Positions 8,917 through 16,605 of a stretch of 32,000 bases of DNA are shown piece after piece. The stretch is from positions 210,001-242,000 of the forward strand of contig AP031373.1 in NCBI GenBank assembly GCA_042850255.1, given 5' to 3'. Origin of the DNA: Nanobdellota archaeon (GTDB taxonomy: Archaea; Nanobdellota; Nanobdellia; Nanobdellales; Nanobdellaceae). Position 1 is the stretch's first letter; every line of letters begins with the position of its first letter. Both the position numbers and the translations under genes were made by a program. Below the pieces are notes generated by a model that worked only from the letters and a program-made list of their open reading frames with translations, had not been told where the DNA came from and searched no databases.

Positions 8917-11703
8917 TTAGAATAATTTAAAAATATCTATTAAGATTCTTATATACATGTTACTTAATGTTGTTATCATTCTAGATAATAAAGGAGGAGA
9001 ATAAATATTTTTAGATTCTAATAAATTATTGTTTTTTGTATAATTTACTACCAGATTATATTTATAACTTATTATATTGTTACCATTTGAACTTACATTA
9101 ATAAATAACTGTGATTCTCCAATATTAATAGGAATAACAGATAACTTTAATATAATAGATTGGTTACCTCCTATATTTGGAATAAATATAGATATATTAT
9201 TATTTATTTTTATTCCATAATAATACAAAAGAACATTGCTTCCATTATATCCAATATTTATTTTCAAATTTGATATATTATTTCCACTATTATTTAAATA
9301 AATTATTAAATTACTTGGTATCCCTAAATTAAAGGATAAATTTTTTGTTACAATATACATACTTCCATTATAATATTTATATGTAGATAATGATAAATTG
9401 TAAGAATTATTTACTTTACTATCATTTATATATTCAATAACTGGGATTAAAATGTTATAATTCAAATTATACTGAGAACATAAATTATAATAATTACAAG
9501 CTTCTATTGTTATGTTTGTATAATTTGAATATGGAATATTTATATTTATATTATTTTGTCCATAAAATATATAAACAAGATTATTTTCATTTATTTTAAT
9601 AAATTCTATATTATTTTTTGGACCTATATAAATATTAAGATCTTCATAATTCGGGGTAATATTTTCAAATATATATTTTAATTCTGGATAAGTTATTGTA
9701 TAGTTTTTATATACTATTTCTTTATATATATTAGGTATTTGTATATTTAATATTTCAGATTGACAATTATATAATCCAGCTAAAGATAAAGCGCATATTG
9801 TTATATTTGTATAATTATAATAAGGTAAGTTTATTATAGTTGAATATAAAAGTGTATTAGGACTATAATAATTTACTAATTCTCCATTTTCATATACAGT
9901 AATATTTAGAAGATTTAGAAGTGATGAAATACTAATATTTGCTATTATTGAAGAATTTGATATTGTTAAAGAATTAATTAATATAGTTGGAGGTAATAAT
10001 ATTCCGCCACCACTAACTACTTTAGTAGATATAGCTATATTTTGTGTAATATTTACTGTTATATTTTGAGAATCTATACATGTTCCATTATAACAAGTTT
10101 GTCCATAAATATAATAATAACCTGGAGAGGATATTATACAAGATAAATTAAAATCATTGAAAGTTCCTATAGATGAATAACAATAAGGAGTATTATTTAA
10201 AAATATTGTATAATTTTGTCCACATCCTTCAATATAAACATTTACCGAATTATTAGATTCATTAGCATTTATAGATACATTTTGTTCTATATTATAAGTA
10301 AATATTGTAGATGCTGTAAGTGCATTGATTGAAATATTATAAGAACCTGGAGGAACTGTTGGAGATGAATAAATAATTATTGGAATTGAACATGAAGTAC
10401 TATTGGTAATACAATAATTACCTTGAGGGAATGAACATGTAAATCCTGAAGGAGTATTACATGAAAATGTTACTGTTGTAGATGCACCTCCTGGATTATT
10501 TATATTTGCTGTTACTGCAATTAATACTGATCCTCCTGGACAAGAAGTATAAAAAGACTGATTTAAAGTTACAGATGTAACTGAAACTGCCGGTTGTATA
10601 GAAAATGAAGGCATAACACCATTTGGAGGATAAGATGCAATAGCCAAATATGATACTTGCGCAATAATTCCTTCATTATTATTAGAAAAATACCATGTTA
10701 TATATCCATTAGTAATTTGTGGATTAGAGTATGTTCCATTTATATAATTAATTCCATCCGTAAAATATGCATAAGAATTTGATATAGTAAACATCCATAC
10801 TTCTGGTGGTAAAGGAGAAGCCCCCTCTGGAACAGTTTCTGATAAGTATGCTGAAGTTTGATTTTCAACTTCTAAATTATAAGTACAATAGTTAGGATCA
10901 CATAATAATCCCACCATTTGTGGTGCTGGACTACCTGCGCTATCTCCAGAAGCAATACCTATACCAAACATATAATTAGTATAACTAGTTACATAAGGCT
11001 CGTATGTTACCAACTCGATCATAGAAAAGGGAAAACTTATCGTATAATCATATATTACATTATATTGCTGATATCTTGTAGTTACCGAAAAGGTTAAACC
11101 GTTATCTTGCGTAACAGACGCCCCATTAGGAATTATTATATATGGGGATAGTATTGTTCCATTAAAATTATCATAAAAATTAAATACATAATTTCCATTA
11201 TCATATATTCCATAATTTAGACATTGACTCATATTTGTATATCCTTCCTCATAACAGTACCAGTATGCACTTACTCCTGTATAAGGATAATATTGTTGAT
11301 AATAATTTTCACTTTGTGGTCCAACATACATATATATTGTTAAATTAGAATTAGCAGGTATTCCTGAAGGTATATTCACCCACCAAACATCACATAATGT
11401 ACCACTTATATTTTCTTGACCTTCAAACCATGAATATAATAAAGAATCTGTTGAATTAACAAAATATACATTAGATCCGTTTGAATTAATTAAGTTAAAT
11501 AATGTTTGATTATTTACATATGCAAAATTATTACCTAAATTTACATTTCCGTTACATATTGCTATATCTTGTTGGAATGGTGCTGGAGTAGGAATTGGTT
11601 GAGAATTTACTATGGTTATTTGATATGAACCTTGAGAAAATATTAAGTTATTTGTTAAAATGATTATTAAAGCTATAAAAAATATCCATAAAAATTTTCT
11701 CAT
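8917..11703 (-). CDS. large secreted surface glycoprotein candidate with DUF2341-like and LamG/concanavalin-like N-terminal region
   Basis: It has a signal peptide (MRKFLWIFFIALIIILTNNLIFSQG). A DUF2341-like signature follows (LLYSWFEGQEN...CDVWWVNIPSGIPANSNLTIYMYVGPQ), then YDNFNGTIL (LamG-like start). There are dozens of N-x-S/T sequons, many Cys and almost no Lys. Confidence 0.7.
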   Translation of the reverse strand: MRKFLWIFFIALIIILTNNLIFSQGSYQITIVNSQPIPTPAPFQQDIAICNGNVNLGNNFAYVNNQTLFNLINSNGSNVYFVNSTDSLLYSWFEGQENISGTLCDVWWVNIPSGIPANSNLTIYMYVGPQSENYYQQYYPYTGVSAYWYCYEEGYTNMSQCLNYGIYDNGNYVFNFYDNFNGTILSPYIIIPNGASVTQDNGLTFSVTTRYQQYNVIYDYTISFPFSMIELVTYEPYVTSYTNYMFGIGIASGDSAGSPAPQMVGLLCDPNYCTYNLEVENQTSAYLSETVPEGASPLPPEVWMFTISNSYAYFTDGINYINGTYSNPQITNGYITWYFSNNNEGIIAQVSYLAIASYPPNGVMPSFSIQPAVSVTSVTLNQSFYTSCPGGSVLIAVTANINNPGGASTTVTFSCNTPSGFTCSFPQGNYCITNSTSCSIPIIIYSSPTVPPGSYNISINALTASTIFTYNIEQNVSINANESNNSVNVYIEGCGQNYTIFLNNTPYCYSSIGTFNDFNLSCIISSPGYYYIYGQTCYNGTCIDSQNITVNITQNIAISTKVVSGGGILLPPTILINSLTISNSSIIANISISSLLNLLNITVYENGELVNYYSPNTLLYSTIINLPYYNYTNITICALSLAGLYNCQSEILNIQIPNIYKEIVYKNYTITYPELKYIFENITPNYEDLNIYIGPKNNIEFIKINENNLVYIFYGQNNININIPYSNYTNITIEACNYYNLCSQYNLNYNILIPVIEYINDSKVNNSYNLSLSTYKYYNGSMYIVTKNLSFNLGIPSNLIIYLNNSGNNISNLKINIGYNGSNVLLYYYGIKINNNISIFIPNIGGNQSIILKLSVIPINIGESQLFINVSSNGNNIISYKYNLVVNYTKNNNLLESKNIYSPPLLSRMITTLSNMYIRILIDIFKLF

Positions 11704-11736
11704 AAATTATCCTTTGTACTTTCAAAAATATAAAAA

Positions 11737-11916
11737 TTATTCTTTTGTTATTTCCAATTCAAAGGAAGGTGCCTTAAATCCTACTATTCTATGGTGTCCG
11801 TCACAAAATGGTTTCTTTTCTGAATGTCCACATCTACACAAATGATATACTGGTTTTCCATCGACTAAAACTTCATATGGTCCATTTTCATATCCTTTTA
11901 TAACAACTTTTGCCAT
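11737..11916 (-). CDS. CDGSH-type iron-sulfur domain protein (59 aa, absent from ORF track)
   Basis: My own translation gives MAKVVIKGYENGPYEVLVDGKPVYHLCRCGHSEKKPFCDGHHRIVGFKAPSFELEITKE. It contains the C-x-C-x2-S-x3-P-x-C-D-G-x-H signature (CRCGHSEKKPFCDGHH). The start is the complement of 11914-11916 and the TAA stop the complement of 11737-11739. Confidence 0.8.
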   Translation of the reverse strand: MAKVVIKGYENGPYEVLVDGKPVYHLCRCGHSEKKPFCDGHHRIVGFKAPSFELEITKE

Positions 11917-11954
11917 TTAAAATTTTTATAAAAATATTCTTATAAATATTAAAA

Positions 11955-12527
11955 ATGAAAAATAATTTTTTATTAATAATATCTGGAATTATTTCTTTAA
12001 TAATTTTATTTATTATTTTGTCTTTAATAAAAATTAATAATTACAATTTAGAAAAAACTACAATATATTTAAATAATCAAAATATTACATTATATAAATT
12101 GAATTTAAATATACAAAGTTGTTACCAATTTTTTACTAATGGATATTTTATAATTTATCCAATATATTATTTACCAGAGCTTGGGATTCCTGCAAGAGAA
12201 TATGTTAATATATCAAGTATTATAGTATGTAATGAAAGTTTACAAATAAATAAAACAATAAGCATATGTTCCCCACTTGTTATTTGTCCAACAATATGTA
12301 CAACACAAGGTTGTGCTTGTAGTAAAGAATGTTATAATGTTACATATTATTTAAATATCTCATCTCCAATAATAATAATAAACAATTCTCAAAATACATT
12401 TTTTATAAGATATAATAAAAATATTTATTCTTCTACTAATAATATAGATGAAGAAAAAATAGCAAATAATTATTTATATGATATCATAATAAATTATATA
12501 AAAAATATACCAACAATAATAGTATGA
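11955..12527 (+). CDS. N-terminally anchored Cys-rich exported protein, unknown function
   Basis: It has an N-terminal TM or signal helix (LLIISGIISLIILFIILSL), a Cys cluster (CSPLVICPTICTTQGCACSKECYN) and N-x-S/T sequons. Confidence 0.4.
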   Translation: MKNNFLLIISGIISLIILFIILSLIKINNYNLEKTTIYLNNQNITLYKLNLNIQSCYQFFTNGYFIIYPIYYLPELGIPAREYVNISSIIVCNESLQINKTISICSPLVICPTICTTQGCACSKECYNVTYYLNISSPIIIINNSQNTFFIRYNKNIYSSTNNIDEEKIANNYLYDIIINYIKNIPTIIV

Positions 12528-13189
12528 ACTTAGCAGTATTATTTTCAGGAGGAAAAGATTCTAATTATTCATTATATATTTCTTCAAAATATCGTAATAT
12601 ATCTGTATTATTAAATATTGTTCCTGAAAATAATGAAAGTTATTTATATCATTATATAAATTATAATATAACAAAATTGCAATCAGAAGCTTTAAATATT
12701 CCTTTAGAAACATTTTATGTAAGTAAAGATGAAGAAAAAGTACTAGAAGATGCATTAAAATATTTAAAGGAAAAATATAATATTGAAGGAATTGTAACAG
12801 GAGCAATAAGATCTGTATATCAAAGTACAAGATTTCAAAGAGTATGTAAAAAATTAAATTTATGGTGTTTTAATCCTTTATGGTTAAGAAATGAAAAAGA
12901 ATATTTACTTGAATTATTAAAAAATAATTTTCAATTTATTATAACGGGTTGGTATACATATCCTTTAGATATAGATATTTTAGGAAAAATTGTAGATGAA
13001 AATATTATAAATAAACTATTAGAGTATGGGGAAAAATATAAAATAAATATTGCTGGAGAAGGAGGCGAATATGAAACATTAGTTTTATATCAACCTTTAT
13101 TTAAAAAAAGAATAGTAATTGATGAATATGAAATAAATATTCAAAAGAATTATGCAGAATTTATAATTAAAAAAGCTCATTTACAATGA
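12524..13189 (+). CDS. dph6: diphthine--ammonia ligase (Dph6 / MJ0570-family PP-loop ATP pyrophosphatase)
   Basis: It has the PP-loop VLFSGGKDS at the N-terminus and the GEGGEYETLVL motif near the C-terminus. It is about 220 aa. Confidence 0.8.
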   Translation: MNLAVLFSGGKDSNYSLYISSKYRNISVLLNIVPENNESYLYHYINYNITKLQSEALNIPLETFYVSKDEEKVLEDALKYLKEKYNIEGIVTGAIRSVYQSTRFQRVCKKLNLWCFNPLWLRNEKEYLLELLKNNFQFIITGWYTYPLDIDILGKIVDENIINKLLEYGEKYKINIAGEGGEYETLVLYQPLFKKRIVIDEYEINIQKNYAEFIIKKAHLQ

Positions 13190-13713
13190 TAGGAATAATA
13201 TATACTAATAAAGAAGAATTATCAAAATATGAATTTTTATATCCTGTAGAAAATATATTAAAAGAATTAAATATAGATTACAAGGTTTTTTCATATAAAG
13301 AAAAAATAAAGGAAAATTTAGATAAAATAATAATAACAGGAACTGCAATAATGGATTTCGATTATTTAAATTATATAGATAATTTTAAATTTATAATAGA
13401 AAACAATATCAAAACTTTAGCAATATGTTCAGGTTCCCAAATTTTAACAAAATTATTAGGATATAATTTAATTGATAAAGAAATAATAGGAAAATATTTT
13501 GTAAAAGTTGTTAAAGAAAATAAATTAATAAACAAAGATTTTGAAGCTTATTTTATTATAACAAAAATTCCTAAAATAGATAATAATTTTAATATATATG
13601 GATATATAAATGATATACCAGCATTATTTAATTATAAAAATATATATTTTTCATTGTTTCATCCAGAAGTTTTAAATAAGGATATAATAATAAATTTTAT
13701 AGAATATATATAG
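13186..13713 (+). CDS. class I glutamine amidotransferase-like protein (small stand-alone GATase subunit)
   Basis: The nucleophile elbow is LAICSGSQIL and the His-Glu is in LFHPEV near the C-terminus. It is 175 aa and overlaps dph6 by ATGA. Confidence 0.65.
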   Translation: MIGIIYTNKEELSKYEFLYPVENILKELNIDYKVFSYKEKIKENLDKIIITGTAIMDFDYLNYIDNFKFIIENNIKTLAICSGSQILTKLLGYNLIDKEIIGKYFVKVVKENKLINKDFEAYFIITKIPKIDNNFNIYGYINDIPALFNYKNIYFSLFHPEVLNKDIIINFIEYI

Positions 13714-13767
13714 CCCCTATCAAGGGTGACCTTAGATTAATGAAAAGGTTGAGTTGATAGGGGTACA
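13714..13767 (+). ncRNA. K-loop-capped hairpin followed by ACA (H/ACA-like sRNA candidate)
   Basis: A perfect 10-bp lower stem pairs CCCCTATCAA (13714-13723) with TTGATAGGGG (13754-13763). The internal loop is GGGTG / TGAG. A 5-bp upper stem pairs ACCTT (13729-13733) with AAGGT (13745-13749). The 11-nt loop AGATTAATGAA can form tandem sheared G-A pairs (G13735-A13743, A13736-G13742). ACA lies at 13765-13767. The region is locally GC-enriched in an AT-rich genome. Confidence 0.35.
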
Positions 13768-13820
13768 TAATGAGGAAACCGTCCCAGTCTGAAAAATGAT
13801 GACAGAGAGACGATCTGAAA
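13768..13820 (+). ncRNA. C/D box sRNA (2'-O-methylation guide)
   Basis: The layout is: C box AUGAGGA (13770-13776, one deviation from RUGAUGA), 12-nt guide AACCGUCCCAGU (13777-13788), D-prime CUGA (13789-13792), 3-nt spacer, C-prime AUGAUGA (13796-13802), 12-nt guide CAGAGAGACGAU (13803-13814), D box CUGA (13815-13818). The two 12-nt spacers are the archaeal hallmark. Confidence 0.8.
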
Positions 13821-13866
13821 AATTTATAATTAAATTAATTATAAAATAAATAAACTAAAAAAGGTT

Positions 13867-15804
13867 TTATTCTTCTACCTTTTCTTTATCTTTTTCCTTT
13901 CCTCCTCTTCTTCTAGATTCTACCAATATTGCTGCAATTATTATTATTGCCAATGCTACTAATATCCAGAATATTATTGCTTCGGATGGCAATGATATAG
14001 ATGTAACTGGAACTCCTGTTGATGTATATGTTTCATTTAATGAATACAATAATTCTCCATTTTGTGCATTTATTATATTTACATATACTGTTACATTACT
14101 ATTTTCTGCAGTTACATTTAATGGAATTTGTTCTGTATACATTCCTCCAATTTGTACTTGTTCTTCTTCTGGATATACCTCTCCACCTACTGCATATGCT
14201 TGTATTATTAAATTATATATTTGTGTTGAATTTGAAGATAATACTAAGTATATTGTTTTATTCTTTCCAATTGTTAATTGTTCATATCCAATTAATGATG
14301 CTGTAATTGGTTTATATACTGGTTGTGTTCCATTTACATATATATTGTATGTATATTGTTGTGTTATTCCATTATAATTGAATACAAATGTTATTGGATA
14401 ATATCCTGCTTCTAATCCTTCTGGTACATATATTACTACTGGCAATTGTGTAGGTGTGCTTGGTGATAATGTTATTGTTGATAATTGTTGAAATAGATTA
14501 AATTGTTGAGATTCTACTATTGGTGTTACTTCTATACTCATTGGTAAATTACTTTCTAATTCTAAGTATAATTCTATATATTCTCCAGGTTTTACATTAA
14601 ATGTATTTTGATATACATTTAATACATCTACTGGTTGGATATTTTGTTGATTTACTGCTACCGTATAATTATATTCATTAATTTCTACTCCATTTTCATA
14701 TAGATATAATACTATTGTATAATATCCTGGTGCCAATCCTACAGTATTTAATGGTAATGTTAATTCTACTTGTTGTTGTGGACTTACTAATTGAGAAGTT
14801 TCTAAATTATATATTAAATCTCCATATTGATCATATACTAATAATTGTGCTGTTGCATTTGCTGTTTGGTATCCGGGATTTTCCAATAATATATTTATAT
14901 TATATGTTGATGATTGTAATTTACTTAATAAATTGAAGTTTGGTGATATTGATATTACTTGTAATAATTCTCCATTTTCATTATTTGATACATAGAAAGA
15001 TTGTGTTGCATATTGTGTTAATTCCTCTCCATTGTTTAATACAACATTTAATTGTTCTGATACATACATTTGTCCTTGTACATTTTGGAAATAAGAACTT
15101 GGTATACCTACTGTTAATAAATTCTCTCCTGGTTGTAAATTAACATTTTCTTGTGTTTGATATATAATATTTCCTTGAGAATTGTATAATGTTAATGTTA
15201 ATGTTGATGATTGTATATTTGTTTCTGTATTTTGTAAATATACTATTGATTGTACATTTAATCCATATTCTTCTGCTTGTTGTTGTGATACAACTTCTGG
15301 TAATTGTACTATGGATAATGATAAATTATATGGCAAATATGTTATATTATACATTTCTTCTCCAGATACTATTTCTTCCTGTCCATTTGGGTATATTAAT
15401 GATATATTTGCTTGTACTGTAATATTATTTAATGTACTTACAAAACATACTCCATTACCACAACTCTCTACACTTTCATTTGCCAAAGCTAATAATTCTA
15501 CAGGATTTACTGATACTGTGTATATATCATTTCCTGTGCATACTTGTATTGGTTCATAATATTGGTATATTATACTTCCATTTGGCCCATATATATTAAA
15601 ATACAAATAGGACTCAAATGGTGTTTGATTTACTCCTAGTAATTTTACTATGAATGTTAGATTATTGCTAACGTAATTCGCTAATAATGTTGGAGTTTGC
15701 GGTTCTATTATTATTTCTTGTGACTTTACTGCTAATGCTGCTATTCCTAATGCAAAAAATAATGGTATTATTTTCTTAAATGTTGCTACTATTTTGTTAT
15801 CCAT
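13867..15804 (-). CDS. cell-surface (S-layer-like) protein with repeated beta-sandwich modules and a C-terminal TM anchor
   Basis: It has an N-terminal signal/TM (IIPLFFALGIAALAV). A motif of the type L-Y-N-x-x-G-x-I-I-Y recurs (FNIYGPNGSIIYQY, LTLYNSQGNIIYQT, LLVYDQYGDLIYNL, NIINAQNGELLYSL). The C-terminus has the TM IIFWILVALAIIIIAAILV followed by the basic tail RRRGGKEKDKEKVEE. Composition is Q/E/V/Y-rich and K-poor. Confidence 0.7.
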   Translation of the reverse strand: MDNKIVATFKKIIPLFFALGIAALAVKSQEIIIEPQTPTLLANYVSNNLTFIVKLLGVNQTPFESYLYFNIYGPNGSIIYQYYEPIQVCTGNDIYTVSVNPVELLALANESVESCGNGVCFVSTLNNITVQANISLIYPNGQEEIVSGEEMYNITYLPYNLSLSIVQLPEVVSQQQAEEYGLNVQSIVYLQNTETNIQSSTLTLTLYNSQGNIIYQTQENVNLQPGENLLTVGIPSSYFQNVQGQMYVSEQLNVVLNNGEELTQYATQSFYVSNNENGELLQVISISPNFNLLSKLQSSTYNINILLENPGYQTANATAQLLVYDQYGDLIYNLETSQLVSPQQQVELTLPLNTVGLAPGYYTIVLYLYENGVEINEYNYTVAVNQQNIQPVDVLNVYQNTFNVKPGEYIELYLELESNLPMSIEVTPIVESQQFNLFQQLSTITLSPSTPTQLPVVIYVPEGLEAGYYPITFVFNYNGITQQYTYNIYVNGTQPVYKPITASLIGYEQLTIGKNKTIYLVLSSNSTQIYNLIIQAYAVGGEVYPEEEQVQIGGMYTEQIPLNVTAENSNVTVYVNIINAQNGELLYSLNETYTSTGVPVTSISLPSEAIIFWILVALAIIIIAAILVESRRRGGKEKDKEKVEE

Positions 15805-15828
15805 ATGTTAACATTGACAAAAAAATTT

Positions 15829-16605
15829 TTAAATGTTACTACCCTTTATAAGGTATATGTCACTGTCACCTGGGATATATTTTAATATATCATTAATATC
15901 TACCTTGAATTTTTCGCTTATAAATTTGCCTATTTCTGAAGGCTTTTTATTTCCTGGCACTAAAATAATATAATTATTGAATTTATTTATAATATTTTCT
16001 GGAACTCCAGGATATATTTCATAATCTTTAAATCCTATAGCAATTTCTAACTTTACTTTTAAATAATTTTTATTACCATAAATCATAAAAGATCCTTTTT
16101 TAATATACATACCTGCAGGAACTTTCTTAGATACTTGTTCAGGATATACATAATATACATCTATTGAAGATAATCTATTTTTCCATGCTCTAGAATATGA
16201 ACCTACAAATTTTGCAGATTCATATATATCATTTTCTTTTGCATTTTGGCCATTTTTTAATATACCAAATGGAGATCCAATTATATCTGCATGAAATACT
16301 AGATCATTTTTCTCTAAATATTTTTTAATTAATATTTCATTACTATTAGCATCTGTTCCACATACTAATAAAAAATTATTTGATGTTATCATCCATCTAA
16401 ATTTTTCATACCATTTTTTATTTCTCTTCTTTTCTTCTTTCTTTTTTTCTATATTTATTTCTTCTTCTATATTCTTTAATTTTTCCTCATTCTCCTTTAT
16501 TAATTCCTCTATTCTTTTCTTTTTATTTTTTAATTCTTTAATTTTTTCATATAATTCATTTATATTTTCATATATACTTTTCCTAACATCAATTTTTATC
16601 TCCAT
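15829..16605 (-). CDS. NFACT-family protein, C-terminal half only (coiled coil + NFACT-R/DUF814; Rqc2/NEMF homolog fragment)
   Basis: A K/E-rich coiled coil is followed by KWYEKFRWMITSNNFLLVCGTDANSNEILIKKYLEKNDLVFHADIIGSPFGILK and YSRAWKNRLSSIDVYYVYPEQVSKKVPAGMYIKKGSFMIYG. This is the typical NFACT-R signature. Confidence 0.75.
   Translation of the reverse strand: MEIKIDVRKSIYENINELYEKIKELKNKKKRIEELIKENEEKLKNIEEEINIEKKKEEKKRNKKWYEKFRWMITSNNFLLVCGTDANSNEILIKKYLEKNDLVFHADIIGSPFGILKNGQNAKENDIYESAKFVGSYSRAWKNRLSSIDVYYVYPEQVSKKVPAGMYIKKGSFMIYGNKNYLKVKLEIAIGFKDYEIYPGVPENIINKFNNYIILVPGNKKPSEIGKFISEKFKVDINDILKYIPGDSDIYLIKGSNI

Noticed and set aside
11660-11845. 61-aa + strand ORF from the track
   Set aside because: It overlaps the 5' end of the 928-aa minus-strand gene and lies antisense to the well-supported CDGSH gene (11737-11916). 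It has no recognisable motif and is a shadow ORF.
13714-13767. GC-rich hairpin considered as a tRNA, tRNA half or intrinsic terminator
   Set aside because: It has no cloverleaf, no T-arm GTTCRA-like sequence and no anticodon-arm geometry. As a terminator it lacks a following T-tract; it is followed instead by ACA and a C box. It is kept only as an H/ACA-like/K-loop candidate.
14019-15559. Cluster of + strand ORFs (14019-14306, 14715-14936, 14940-15143, 15182-15559, 15189-15422)
   Set aside because: All lie antisense to the 645-aa surface-protein gene. They are L/I/H/V-rich low-complexity translations, two of them overlap each other in different frames, and none has a start-site context.
15805-15814. 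10-bp perfect palindrome ATGTTAACAT immediately upstream of the surface-protein start codon
   Set aside because: Short AT-rich palindromes are expected by chance at this base composition. There is no second copy and no partner regulator.
16420-16560. Apparent DNA repeats (poly-purine/pyrimidine tracts) here and at 30750-30800
   Set aside because: They are coding low-complexity K/E-rich coiled-coil or tail segments (EEKKRNKK, EKKEEKKEEKK), not non-coding tandem repeats.
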